A model generated the notes under the pieces. That model ran no database searches. It saw only the letters and a program-made list of their open reading frames with translations, and was not told the origin of the DNA. Below are positions 1-13,479 of a DNA stretch of 64,000 bases, one piece after another. The stretch covers positions 6,324,001-6,388,000 of the forward strand of contig CM074512.1 in NCBI GenBank assembly GCA_037379345.1. Direction: 5' to 3'. The number at the start of each line of letters is the position of its first letter. The stretch's first letter is position 1. Origin of the DNA: Perna viridis. Taxonomy: Eukaryota. The position numbers and the translations under genes are program-made.

Positions 1-285
1 TTTCTCTACATCCAGGTAACTTTAAAAAGTTATTCAAACACACATTAAGCTATGCCAGTTAATTAGGTCCTCAGACCTTTTCGGCACATAAACTGATGCG
101 AAATGGAGGCATTGTATTACACCAAAAAAGGACGAGACAGATATTTAAATTGGGCAAAACCCAAAGAAGGTGAAGATTTGTTTAAATTTTATCGATATGC
201 AACTAGTTGGGGCCACAAGGCATCATTAAAAGGGATTAAATTTCATACTTAAAAAATTGTTTTAGCGACCATTTATTATTCTTAC

Positions 286-3200
286 CCATTTCCTTTCACT
301 GTTGTAACCTTCTTCGTACTTCTCCAGTTGACCTTGGAATTCATTGTGATTTTGTCACGTGCAACTCGTGGAATGATGTAATCTATATTGGTCCTGGTAA
401 TTATAGATGTTGGCCTCAGAATAAAGTTTGCTCTCCCCTTGGTAGTAAATACGGGCGACTGAATGTTTATCTTGGACTGCAATCGTGTTTGCTTGGCATT
501 TCCGGTGTCTCTTACTTGGACTGCAAGTGAGCACGTATGTTTTATGCAAATATTGGCAAAAAGCATTGTTTCTCTTGGAAAGAAACACGCTGTTACCAGG
601 AATGAAATAGCGTCCAAAATGACATATAGTAAAAATGCCGTTTATTGACATGACCTGCGTATTTTACTTAAAATAGTTTTTATGGTGAAAGAGAGATATG
701 TTGTATTTCATTTAACAGATAAAAAATGTTTATATCAACAGTGTTAGATACGCATATTACGTCAATAAATGGTAATTCTCTAAAATGACCTTAATAAGGA
801 TATCCTGTTATTTCTATTGCCTTACAAATAAAATAAACTTAGTAAAACAAAGTAACACCGTGTTTAAGCTATTTCATTTGAAATGAAATATGTTTTTTAT
901 TAAATTTCTTGTTGTTTCATTTTTTGGTGTTACGTTTTGTTTACCTTATGTTCAGTTATCGTTTATATTCGGTTTTTGATGCACCAGATTTGTTCCGTTA
1001 TTGACGATATTATTGCCGATATTTATAATTATTTTAGAGAGAAGATTTCTTGCTTTATGCCATTAAAAGATTAAATGTTATTCATATGTAATGTTACTTA
1101 CCAAGATATTTCATTGGTGATTTAGTAAGACCAGTTACCGTCAAGTCCACTTTAACTGCTTGATTGAATTTAACTTCTACGGAACCTCCAAGTCCCATTA
1201 CGTCCTTAGAGAGAGCTTTGATGGAAACAAACGGGCTGTATCTGAGTGATTTTTTAGTTTGAAGGGTTTGAAGTCTGGTCTCAAAACTGTATTCCTCCTT
1301 CTTACTCAAGGATACGCTGGCTTTTATAGACCTTATTACCTTTTTATTCAATACTGATACTGTGAACAGAATATATCCATATATAATATTTATATCACAG
1401 ACATTTCAATAATAAACTCTTTAAGATTTGAAACAAGATTTCTTTTTTTTTTACTTTTGAGAATTATTAGTATGTGAATTTTTATTATACCGATGACGTC
1501 CTGCAAATGCCTTCTGATTTGGAAAATAAATAACAAAAGTGCGAAAAAGTATCACAAAAGCCCGGCAATGCAGATTTTACTGTTTTTTGGCATAACCTTG
1601 CTAAAACAATCTTCCCAAAATAAGCTGTTGTGGATTTTTCTGTCTTGCATTCTCAATGGTGTTATGTTCTTCATTTCTTAAAGTTAATGTATTAGCCATT
1701 GTTTTATATAACTTACCTCTCATATTGATAGTATCCTTTGACACTCCGTAGACAGAAACAACAGCATCAAGAGTTTTTCCCGCTAAAAACTGAACAGTTC
1801 CGTCAAGTTTAATATTATCGCTTCGTGGTATAATTATTTCTAACGTTGGGGTGTAGATCCAAGTGGAAGATTTCTTCTGTTTTGCTATGGCAGCATTTAC
1901 GGAATATTCTCTCTGATCAATTGTAAGTTTACCATTTAATTTTCTCTCCTTTGTCACAATAGCGCCTAAAATTAATTTCTGTATAAGTTAGCAATTGCAA
2001 TTATAATCCTAACAAGAATAAATAATTGAATCGATTTTAATGTTTATCTATTTTCTCTTTATTATTTGGACGCATTTTTGAAAACTTATATAAAACTTAC
2101 AGAGAAAATGATTTCTTGATTTTGAAGTAAAACCTTACCATTGAATGCTGCTTTTTTCCATGGAGACAACATGACCATCTCTAAATTGTGTTTATTCAAG
2201 TTCAAGTTCAATCCAACTTTCATCTGTCTGTCGACCTTAGATCTTGGGGTGTTAAATTCGGCATTCACCGATACAAGGGATTTCGTCTGAAAAAGATATG
2301 TAAACTATTTATTTGTTTGTTTGTTTGTTTGTTGGGGTTTAACGTCCGAGCAGCAATATTTCAGCTATATTCAGACAATGAACATGAAATCGATGATAAA
2401 ATGAACATGAAATAATGAAATGAAAAAGGGATGGGACACAAGGACAATGGTGTCGACAAATTTAGATTGCCACTGGAAATAGGGAGAGGTGGGAAGGGTC
2501 GGGCAATTCAGCCTCCTGTGGCGGAGCCCTATGGTTCCTACTCAGGGAAAATACCACAGTAAGGTTCTTTAACGTGCGAGGAACGTGGCATCTTTCCCAA
2601 CACGGTGCACCACTACGGTTTGCGGTCAGGTTTTCCGTATTATAGCCTGACAACCCTAGCATGTAACACGCCAGGGGTACCCCATTCCACCACCTGGGGC
2701 ACACATCCCAGTTGCTCTGTGGGCAGAGCGCCCTAGCCCCCGGCTAAGGTTCTGAGCACTATTTAGTCGCCTTTTACGATAAGCTTAGCGCTGCTGCAGG
2801 CCTATTCTTTTAACACCCGGACCTGCACGGGGATGTAAACTATTTAGGTTATTGTTGCCACTGACTTCCAATCTAAAAAAGTTGCTGCTATTCTTATAAT
2901 ATTAAAGATTTGTGCGTGAAAAGGTTGATGGTCCCACACTGTTACTCTTATAAATGTTTCTTTTTAAATGATCATTTTTTTATTATCTCAATTATCTCAC
3001 CAACACATGTTAATTGACTGTTGCAATAAATTTCTTTATCAGTTTAAGAATGTTGTTGTGAATGTAATTACCTTAGCAAACTTATACTCCATTTTGTAGC
3101 TATTATGAGAATCCCTCTTGTAAAGAGTAATTCCAGCTCTGACAGGACCCGTTAGTGGAAAATATGGAGCATCACTTTTTATTGAAGCATTTGGGTAAGA

Positions 3201-6200
3201 GATTTCTCCACACATTTCTAGACCGATGACCTGAGCAAGTGTGTCACCTGTACAAATTTTTTTCGTCTGTCTGTTTTTTGTAACCATTTTCTGTTCTTTG
3301 GCTTCGTCACGATGAACAGTGAAAAAACTTGTTCTACAATGCGAAACTTAAAGTTTTAAACAGCAAAAAGATGTTTTAAAAGGGGATATTTTTTTTAATG
3401 TTTAGATAATTACTTTAGTTCAGTATGTACTCTACTCTGACCAGTGAAAACCATTCGTATTTCACTGTACTCACAGATTTTATTCGCTTAGAATTTTTGT
3501 TATTGCTTTTTTTTACTAATAGGATTGAAATAATGAAGTTCTGTGGTTCGTCAACAATCTCTGCAGTTTTGTGGTAAATTTAGTAAAGGGGTTATGTTTT
3601 ACCTTGCTTCTAGGATCTCCGTCTTCATGTCTGGGGTTTTCCATTCAGCACTTAACAGTTGTCCTCCCTTAAGTTCAATATGACCTTCAAGAGCGGAAGC
3701 TGAGTTCATTGATGAAATCATCTTCATTCCAGCTTTTGTGACAAAAGCGTCGACACTCATCAGACTTGTAACTTCAATAGCAGCACTGGACAAATGTAAT
3801 GATAAGAATTAACACATATTGGTAATATAATTTAAGATCTTGTACAGCAACCATATAATGCTATCAAATCAAAAGTAATGACAAGAATTTACATTGTGTA
3901 TTATAACAATAAAAGAAACAATAAAAATATAATGTTTTAGAAAATTACCTAGGCTTAATTTTTCCGTTGACAGAGATGGTCCTTGGGTTTGATCTTAGTT
4001 GTCTTAGATCCATTTTACCAGAGGCTGTGAGATGGACAGTAGCACTACCATCAACACTTATGTTCAGTGGGAATCCAGTCATTGTTGGTATTATCACGCT
4101 GGTGTCCAGAAACATAATGTTCTGGGTCATGGAATAATCTTGTTCTTTCGCAAGGTTGATAATGAAGTCTAAAATGTTGAAGTTCTTTCCCTCCAATAAG
4201 GTTTTAACATCATCAGAGTTGATGTACTGTAGTTCATTTCCAAAGATTCTTAGATACATGCTTCCTCTCAAATCCTCCATCGTTTTACCGTACTGGAAGA
4301 CAATATACGAATTAGTTGTATGCTTTTCTACATAGAGTTTACAGGAAATTCACATTACAACAAACTTAGATATAAAGAATTCACAATGTGCAAGTTTTCA
4401 ATCAACTTGAATACATACTCATGTAGTTCTTTTGAGTACTTTAAGTAAAAAAAAAACTATAAGGACGTCTTTGTTTTGTCTTGATAAATACATCATTAGC
4501 TAAAGTGTTATTATTAATATATTATATTCATTATTTAATACCTGTTCATTCAGTTTATTCATGGCCTGGTTACTTATACCCTTTACGTTCTGCTTTGTAG
4601 CTTCTTTAGCTTTTCCGAAGTATCCCTCTGGGCCAAAATAGGACTCAAGGAAGTACTCTAGTCCTTCAACTCGTCCTCCAAGCTCAAAAAGGTTTACTGA
4701 TTGTCCAAATAAGTCAAAAGTGACGTTGGTGGTAACTGATCGTGGTAGGAAGGATTTGGATGACCAGATAAGGTTACTTTCAATAGAAGCACCGGTGTTG
4801 ATCTTATCTAGGAAAAATGACGCCTCATAGTTTCTGGAATATTTTAGCTTTTCTAAGTTGAATTCTTTCTTCAGAATCTTGTTTGTCAGTATTCTTTTGA
4901 TATTTTGTTTCAGAGGACTTGAAGTCTCCATAAGATTTTTCAGGTGTGTCCAGACAAATGACCCGACTTGGTTGACATCTTCTGACTCCAGTGTTGTCTG
5001 TATGCGTTTGAGTATTGAAGTTGAAGGACATTTCATCAAATTTAGGTAGGCCGCAATTCTCAGTTCAGAATCTTCGTCGCGGTTTGTGTAAAGCGACATT
5101 AAGTCATTTCTCTGGAACAAAAATGTTTCCTACTTACACGAGTATAAATAAGTGTATGACGTTATTGAAAACAATCCTCACCAGTCTCTTACACAAAGAA
5201 AACAAGCCTGACCGTAGCCTCCATTTAGTAAAGGTAAGCACTTACCTCACCAGAATAACGATCATGTATTTTTATTATCATTGATGTTATTTATATTTAT
5301 TTGAGCTTAATGATATTCCATCACAGTTACTTATTTTAATAAATAATTGTCCGGTTAATTACAAGGTATAAAAATATAAAGAAATCTTAAGTTGAACCTA
5401 TCTATCGATACTGATTGCATTTTATTAAATTGAGTTAGTTTTGATGGATATTTGCATATGTCTTTTTTTGTTCGAATAATAATGCCATCTCTGTAATGAA
5501 AATATAAAAATGGGAAGATTTCAAGGCTCGTAAAGCTGGCCCATCATTATATTCCTGAAATACTTAGCGTATCACATTTGCCTGAAATCTTGAACCAATA
5601 AAACAAGAATAAAATAAAAAACTCGTGACTTGCTTCATTCGACAATTCTCCTAACATAAACACATAAGTCTACCTTCAATAATCTAATATATTTTATCAA
5701 TTTCGAGATTCCTGATTATTCTTTTTTCGCTGAAAAAAAAACATGCATATTAAATAAGAATGATCTACCCCCCCCCCCCAACCATTAAAACAGAAAAAAA
5801 TGGATAACCGGACAAGAGGAAGAAACAAATAGTCCTGTAAAATATATTGTAAATGATACATACACTTTCGTCACATGGCATACGTCTGAAAGCTTGAGCT
5901 GCAGCAAGCCGCACTTCAGTAGGGTTTTCCTTCTTGGTCAAACAACTGCTGATTACAGGGATAGTAGAGACAAATCCGGTGTTACCAAAGGCGCGTAGAG
6001 TTTGGATTACCTGTTAAAGAATCATTCTATTGCAGATTTTGTAGCACTTGCTTATTGACAATAAGCGAACTTTAATTATTGTTTAGTTCAAAATTCAGTT
6101 CACGTGTGTATCACATGTTTATACAATACGCTACGAAAAACACAGAATAGAAAAAAAATGCATAGTCTTGTTGTTTAATTGTTTTAGACAAGGATAACTT

Positions 6201-9200
6201 ATCTTATCCACTGCTTAATGACTTAATGACATACATTGTTGACATTGTTCTCATCCACATAGCAACCAACAGCAATTTTGTCCTCCAAGATGGAAATAAG
6301 GTTGATCATGTCAAGGTCGTTCGTACACTGTGATGTCTTACAGTAGGTGTTTATCAAAGAGGAAACAGCTAGCATGGCTTGACCATTCTTAGTGTTAGTC
6401 ATCAGAGGCTGACATAAAAAAAAACAATTGAAATATGACATAATGATAGCGTTATACAGTATATGTTATAATGAAAATAAATCGTTGTGCTTTCTTAAAC
6501 TATTTGTTTTGTCTATTTCATTAAAAGCAGCGATTATTTGAATAACAACGTGTTTTGTTTTGCTTTTTTTTACTTTTTTTCAAGACTGCTAGACATAAAA
6601 TATAGTGTACCTTGAGCTCCATCAGCATATCTTTAGTTGGATTTTGGATGAAAGCTAGGCTAGTGAGCCACATGTCTGCTTCGTTTCCGGTAACCTCATT
6701 GCTATTGATTAGATTTGTAAGCATTCTCAAAGACGCTTGGGTACCAACCATAGGAATGGCATCAAGGAAATATTTCCTTAAAAATAAAGTAACCTGTCAT
6801 TTAAAAGGTGATATTGTAAAGAAGCATTCAACAAAACACAATTTATGTAAACCTTAAAAAAAACAATTAATTATATTCGGTAAGGTAAGTGTATTTCTGA
6901 TAACAATGTTACTTACTCGATATTTTTGTTGTCTGCACACACATTTCCAGAGTGGACCTTTTTATGTACTTTGTCCATTGCATTAGTACTTAAAAGCTTC
7001 ATCGATTTGACCAGACTAGAAAACTGTGAAGCCGTTGAAATTTGTACGTGGTCTTTGGATGACTGACAAATCTCCTGGAGTTTACTGATTACCTCTTTCT
7101 GTGCACTTTCTGAATTGGTGTTGTCAATGGTGTGCTCAAAAGCCAGAGATGTTCTCCTTGACACAGACGCTGCAAGATTATTGTTTCTCAAATTGTATTC
7201 TTGTATTAATTATACGAGGGAGTTAAAATTAAAGTAATTTGGTCATTTATGGAAGATTTCAATCTCAGGAAAAAGTTTAAGATTGCTTCGAAAATGTTTA
7301 TAGAAAAATTCCACATACACTGAAGGGCATTATGAAACAAAAAGAGAGTAACATTGAAGCCATTAAAGATAGAACAAGATTACCTCCAGATGGACTTGTC
7401 TTGTGTTCACTGACGTACTTCAGAGTTTGTTTTGTGTCAGTTACAGCCCCGCTGGACTCTCGTGAAAATGGCCTTAAAACGTGTTGTTCATCACAATCGC
7501 TGCTCTGAAGGATACCAGATTTGCTGATTCCCTGCTGGCATACGTGGGTACTCTTCACCAACGGTAAAGACTGTATCTCCTGTATACAAAAAATATTTTT
7601 GGTTTACTGCCAAAGAGTTAATGTTGGTGATGCCCAATACCAAGAAAGTAATTTAAAAAGAAAAGAAATTATTTTTGTCATCAATGTCTGCTATACACCT
7701 GGGTACTAGTACATGTATCTACTAGCAGATCTGAAATGAATCTGATATATTGTTTTCAAACCAAATTGGTGGTTATACAATCGTTCAGCAGATTAAAAGT
7801 TCACATTAATTTAGTATTTGAATTTGTTGTAACTAACAAATAACGGAATGATAAGAGTTAGGTGCAAGACTTACAGAGGGGACTCTATATGGTGTTCCTT
7901 GCATGGCAGTTCTGTAACCATGGCGATCAATACATCCCATCATGTTCTTGGTCTTTTTTATTGTCATCGTGTACCATCCATTAGATTCGACAGAATAATC
8001 AACTCCACAGCTTCCTGTTACATCCACCTTGAAATTAATTGCCAAATTTTAAAATATTCCCCTTTTTTCGGCTGCGTTTTATAATGAAGTAAAGACTTGT
8101 GATCGATAAGACAAACTCGATAATAATCATTCACAAATAAAACAAAAAAATAAGGAACGGGCTATTATTCAAATAGGAATACCTACGACTAGCATTTAAC
8201 TGTGTATATGGTCTTTTATACCATTCACTGCAACTCTGTACAAATGTTATTAAGCATACCATGATGTATGGTTAATTTAACGTACCTCTTGAGTTTTCTT
8301 TTCCTGACTGAAGTCGTCCATCGAGTTTTGAAATGCAGAAATAATCGACCGTTTGATGTTCAAAGCCCAAGTTTGTTCCTCGTCAGATGGGCAGATTTCT
8401 TCAATGAGACCATCTTGGAAAGAGAACATCAAAGAATGTTTCTCGAGGCTCTGTCTGAATTTTTCTGTGACGTCAGCGTTTCTTATTGACTTTGGTAATT
8501 TTGGGTCAGTTTCGGTCAAGACCACATCAGATACCTAAAGCATGCATGGTAAAATAAAAATAAACAAACTGTGAATGTATCTGGTTTCAACCCAGAAATG
8601 TATTGTCAGGATGTTTTATTATTTGCCTATATAGGTACAAATTTTAACTGGTTTCATGATTACATGCATTTGAATAGTTCTCACAACTTTAAATTAACGA
8701 ACTTCGAAACATAATATCATGAACAAAGCAAACGAACAATATAATCGTCATATTACTATGTTATATGTTGGTAAATATGCGCCTTAAAGTGAAGATTTTA
8801 TGCTTTTTACTAGAAAAGGTGATTACTGTTGTCCTATTTATACAGTTTAACATTCAAGACTTTGTTAAATGATAAATTTATTATACTTGTCATATTTCCC
8901 TAATATCAGTCGAACTAGTGACTGAATGCATGATGAGGGAACCTGCTTAGGATATACATGCATGCAGTTTATAAAGATGCCAAGTACGATGACATAGTTT
9001 TTATTATTCTCTTACCCGCAATACAATATCACACTTAGATAGAACCTCGATATGAACTTTTGCAGCCATGTTGATTTCTGCTTTGTCTTCAGCGGATCCG
9101 TGAATTGAAGTCGATACCTTCGATGTGTAGTCATAGTCGTATGTTTTTCCAGTTTCGTATCCAAATTTCGTTGAAGCTGAAAATCAAAGTCAAAACACAT

Positions 9201-10135
9201 TTTTGAATCAATTTATCACAGTGGAAGTGTCGCAGTTTCTCCGTCAGATTTATTCGTGTGTGTAAGCTCGAATAAAGAGTTATTTCGTATCTCTCTTAGT
9301 TGTTTAAAGCGCCATGTGAAAGACTTGTTTTTCCTTGATCGGAAATCGAGTTATAATTGCATATCATTCATGTAAAAAAGTGGGGTATCTAGATCGTATT
9401 CCATTTCATTGACATTAAGAATTATACAGATGAGCTCAAGTACCCCTCTTTAATCGAGAATTTCCTCACCTGTACATTGTCGAGAACATGTATCTGTTTT
9501 CGGTAAAGTAGCTAAAAAGAAAGTAATAAGAAATATAGATTTGGTTAACACGCAGTGTCTATGACAAACGGCGATACATTGTTTCAAAATATTCCAATGA
9601 CATTAAAAATCAAAGTACGGTTGTACTGCAAACCTTTATTTGGAATCATTTTGCTAGCCAAAGTACATGGAAAGAAATGAATTAATAAATTGATGTACAC
9701 TTAAGTCAAATAAATATAAACAGAATCGTGATCATTTATTTCGAGAAATATACAGATTCTTTTTGGGTGTATTGTGGTTTTAATCCCATACCATTTGTTT
9801 GTTCTAAACAATTTGCCAATATCATGTTCCTCTTGTGAACCAAACGAAAGTACCACTACCTCTAGTAAGTAATGTAGTTATCCAGGCTATCAATTTTCAA
9901 TTTCATATACATGGTATCAAAACTTCATATGAAAAAAGAAATTATATGAGCCTTAATATTTATATATTTTTGTCTTTCACAATTGATAAATAAATGATAG
10001 ACTGCTCCTTTAAAAATTAAAAAAAAATCGAAGAAAACAAAACAGAACAAAAACATGCAAATGTATACAAAAAATAGACTTACCTGCATGGCTGAGTACC
10101 ACTAGGGCGCATATAGCAATAACTGTTTGACCCAT
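286..10135 (-). CDS. apoLp: Apolipophorin/apoB-like LLTP, copy B, exons 1-18 (continues beyond the left edge)
   Basis: Exons: 10084-10135, 9470-9511, 9016-9176, 8286-8534, 7875-8027, 7384-7579, 6917-7169, 6611-6776, 6235-6408, 5864-6010, 4542-5111, 3949-4292, 3603-3785, 3072-3333, 2139-2286, 1717-1965, 1102-1359, 286-520. Same exon lengths as copy A, splice sites intact, no stop or frameshift seen. Confidence 0.9.
2312..2832 (-). mobile_element. SINE-like/non-autonomous non-LTR retroposon in intron 14 (copy B, 521 bp)
   Basis: 14-bp TSD ATGTAAACTATTTA at 2298-2311 and 2833-2846. 3' tail ...GCTGAAATATTGCTGCTCGGACGTTAAACCCCAA(CAAA)n. GC-rich head CCCCGTGCAGG...CGTAAAAGGCGACTAA. Internal CACGTTAAAGAACC core-like motif. 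Confidence 0.85.
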
Positions 10136-10190
10136 ATTGGGCTATTTGTGTGGGTTTCTGTATTCTGGAAGTACTGTGTAAGGACTGGTC

Positions 10191-10364
10191 TTTTATAGTC
10201 GATTAAAGATAACGGGTTGCTGACACAGTTTGGACAAAGGGATAAATTTCGCGATAATATACCTATTATTACTTATTATCCATGTATTGTAAAGTTCATA
10301 TCAAAAGTTATCTATCCAATATTTCATAATCAGCAAAATTAATGCTCAAATATTGAGATGATAA
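10191..10364 (-). promoter_or_regulatory. Proximal promoter of copy B (same TATA and GATA cluster)
   Basis: Appears identical to 44027-44200 at offset 33,836. Confidence 0.62.
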
Positions 10365-11682
10365 TCATTTCACAATCAGTGCAAGTTTTACTTTAATAAT
10401 ATATTATAATGTATTGATATGTATACATAAACATATTGGAAAAGTTTACGTATATTGTATGCCCAATTTAAACAAAATGTATATATTTTGTACTGTTTGT
10501 TTTATCGTTCTTTGAAATCCATTGGAATCCACATATGAATAGAATGTTGTCTCAATAGTATACTGACAACGCTAATCGAGTAAAGGTCGTCTCTTTTTAA
10601 AGTATGAAGAGTTTTCAGTAACATAAAGCTTCTTGTTTTTTTTTATAAGATTCATTCTAAAATGTTCCATGAAGACAAAATAGAGGATTATTAGGAAGTA
10701 AACCATCTCGACCTAAAAGGGTATTTATACTGGTGAAACCATCCTTTAAATGTATTTTATTCTACTGTTGTGTATGTAAGCTTTCTTTGTTTACAGATTC
10801 CATATTTTGGCCGTGTCTTTGCTCTCCCCCTTCCGGAATTCTGTTGTCTCTGTATTGCCTTACTGTTTTGACGCTTCTTAGTTTTTTTTTGCTGATGTTT
10901 TCAAAATTGTCGTTCATGTCTGCAAGCTCCATGAATGCAGTCGTCGATGTGAGACCCGACAGGGAAGTCAAGAACGACCCCACATCAGCTCCTTGAATGA
11001 TTTTACAGACGTCTGCTTCTCTAGCATTGTTATTGTTGAGCATAAATTAGGGCAGATAAATATTGCAATCAGCTCCTATACATTAAATGAAATACCTATT
11101 ACCTTTCTCGTTACATCCCAAATCCTTTTATTTTGCTGCGGTTGTATTTTTTTTCATGTGCTAATATATTAGTACTGGTTTTGCTTTGTACGGACGAGCC
11201 AGAAAAATGTTCTAAATATCGTCTGGTATCATTGAATATGGACCAGAAATGGAGTCTTTTATTATAAAACAAGTGTAGACACAGACTGGCATTGCCCGAG
11301 GGGCAAGTATGGACGAAGACATACATACGATTTGTCTTGAACGTGTTTGCATTGTCTTGAAAACTTCTCCATTTACTGATATCAATAATTGAATTATGCA
11401 CATGTTGAAAAATATCCATTAAGATGTGTTATATATAATTTCTAAACATCTAAATGGGGAACAAATTCCACTATGGGTTGCCATAAGACAAGTCATATAC
11501 ATATTAGAAGGCTTCTTCCTTGAAGGTGTACTTGCATGGGTGTGTTGAACTTGCTTTGTTATGTTAAGGATTGGCCATATACAGGTTAGCTGGTTAAATT
11601 CTGGACTCTCATTTAAAAAAAATTTTTTTTTAGATTAACAGAAACCTACAGTGTGGTATCTGTCAGTTACATGGATGGCCTT

Positions 11683-11890
11683 TATTCTAAAATGGTAGGG
11701 GCCATAAACTCAAAATCAAATAAGAGCAATTCTTTAGTACTAAAAAAATTCATAACAATTGATCAACCATAACTATAAAGTCCTCGCAGGAAAACCAAAT
11801 GAATATTCTAAAATGGTAGGGGCCATAGACGCCGCTGACGGTGACGCCGCTGTCAGCACCATACCAATATACAATGTTTTGCGGTAACAC
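11683..11890. mobile_element. Remnant resembling a bivalve Helentron-associated non-autonomous element (HINE)
   Basis: Direct repeat ATTCTAAAATGGTAGGGGCCATA twice, then a (GACGCC)-like microrepeat and ATACCAATATA...GCGG. Family assigned from recalled pattern. Confidence 0.4.
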
Positions 11891-12203
11891 TATTACATTA
11901 AATATATACATATATTTAGGCTAATTTAGGGGTTTGGGAATAATCAATTTTCAATTCCCTAAAAAGCCTGTCAATTATTCTTCCTTAGGACCAACTTGGT
12001 AGTGTGTGATTTGCTAAGAATTTACGTCTATAAGGTCTTTGTTTTTACATTAGGCCTAGTTAAACAGTTCTATAGCAAAAGAGAATAAAACTGCATAATG
12101 GAAAAAAATTCCCACCTACAGACAGATAACAGATAACATTCGAAATTCTTATGAAACAAAATTACAATACCGATATATGAAGGACTTTAAGACTAAATCC
12201 ATC

Positions 12204-12327
12204 TATTGAGACGGATTGATATAAGACTTTCAGTCTTGTTTCTGAATCCTGTGATTAATTTGCAATTGTTCGTCTATTGTTTTGGTTAGATGTTAAAACA
12301 TGCAAATTACTTAATAAATATGTTTAA
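12204..12327 (+). mobile_element. 5'-truncated LINE (CR1/L2-type) 3' end
   Basis: 12-bp TSD ACTAAATCCATC (12192-12203, 12328-12339). Ends AATAAATATGTTTAA, like the LINE tail near 60500. Confidence 0.6.
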
Positions 12328-13479
12328 ACTAAATCCATCGATACTGGCTCACAGTTAACACTTTAAAATCAATATTTCAACTAAATCTTGTATCAAACAA
12401 TTTTAATCAACTTCTAAATAGTTATATACATTTATAGCCTGAAAATTGTTTCCTTGGACAAAAACTGTATACTATAGTACTTGTTTTGCAGCTGTATAAA
12501 ATATATCCAGAGGCAGTGCCAATATCGTTTGGTTTCAGAACCAACGTAACATGTATGTACATTCAGCATTTCAAAACACTGTCATTGATTTTTCTTTAGA
12601 ATCTCTATTTCAATAAATCCTGTAAATCTTCACAATTTAATAAAACTTAGTTATTTTTATGTGTGTAGTATTAATGTCTTGATGCTAAACGAAACCTTCA
12701 CCCTTTTAACAGAAAAGCGATTCATTAATATTTGTCTATCTGCAAATATAAGAAAAGAAAAAGAGTAGACATTTATTTTTTATACTTTACAAAAATAATA
12801 AAAAATGAGTTTTTTTCCATACATGTAGTTGTATATCAATGCCTGCATTTGTTGATTGAGTGTATGATGTTACTTTACATCTATAATCATATAAAGTAAA
12901 TCCAACTGTGCAATTCAAAAGCAATGTCTATTGAATATTCTAAGACAAACATCATCTGACATCACTATGGCTATAAAACATTTTTAAAGAACATTGCATG
13001 TGCAATGTATTTTATCTTGTATGCGCATATGTGTACAAGATCATAATAAAATGAGCTCAGACCAACGCCATCAAAACAAAAAATACCTCAAACGCAGAAT
13101 CCCAAAAGAGATTTGGCCGTGGACTAAGTCTAAAATTATTACAATGTAGTTGTTTAGTCTGCATATTTGGTTTTAATTGTATTCTGAGTTTGGTGTCACT
13201 ATAATGACTTATTTCATTTCAAAAGGTTTAAATAAAAATAAATCCCTACCTACCGACCTAACAAAATTTCAGAATGGTGATCGGAAACATAACCGGCCTT
13301 AGAGTTTCTCATCAACCAGTAAACTGACTTACCTATCTGCCTTACATGCACTTGAAACTGTTGATTTTATCCCTAAAGTATTTTGCTGAGTAAAAGATTC
13401 AGCAAATGCTGTAGGCTGTACAATATAAGCGTGCAGATCACAAACTGGATCCCTAGGTCATGGATCGACATCAAATCTT

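Larger units (their letters stand above)
1..10748 (+). repeat. Segmental duplication, left copy (homologous to 33963-44585)
   Basis: Colinear and ~99% identical. Offset is 33,962 at the left end and 33,837 at the right end. Homology ends after ...gaaaccatccttta. Confidence 0.97.
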
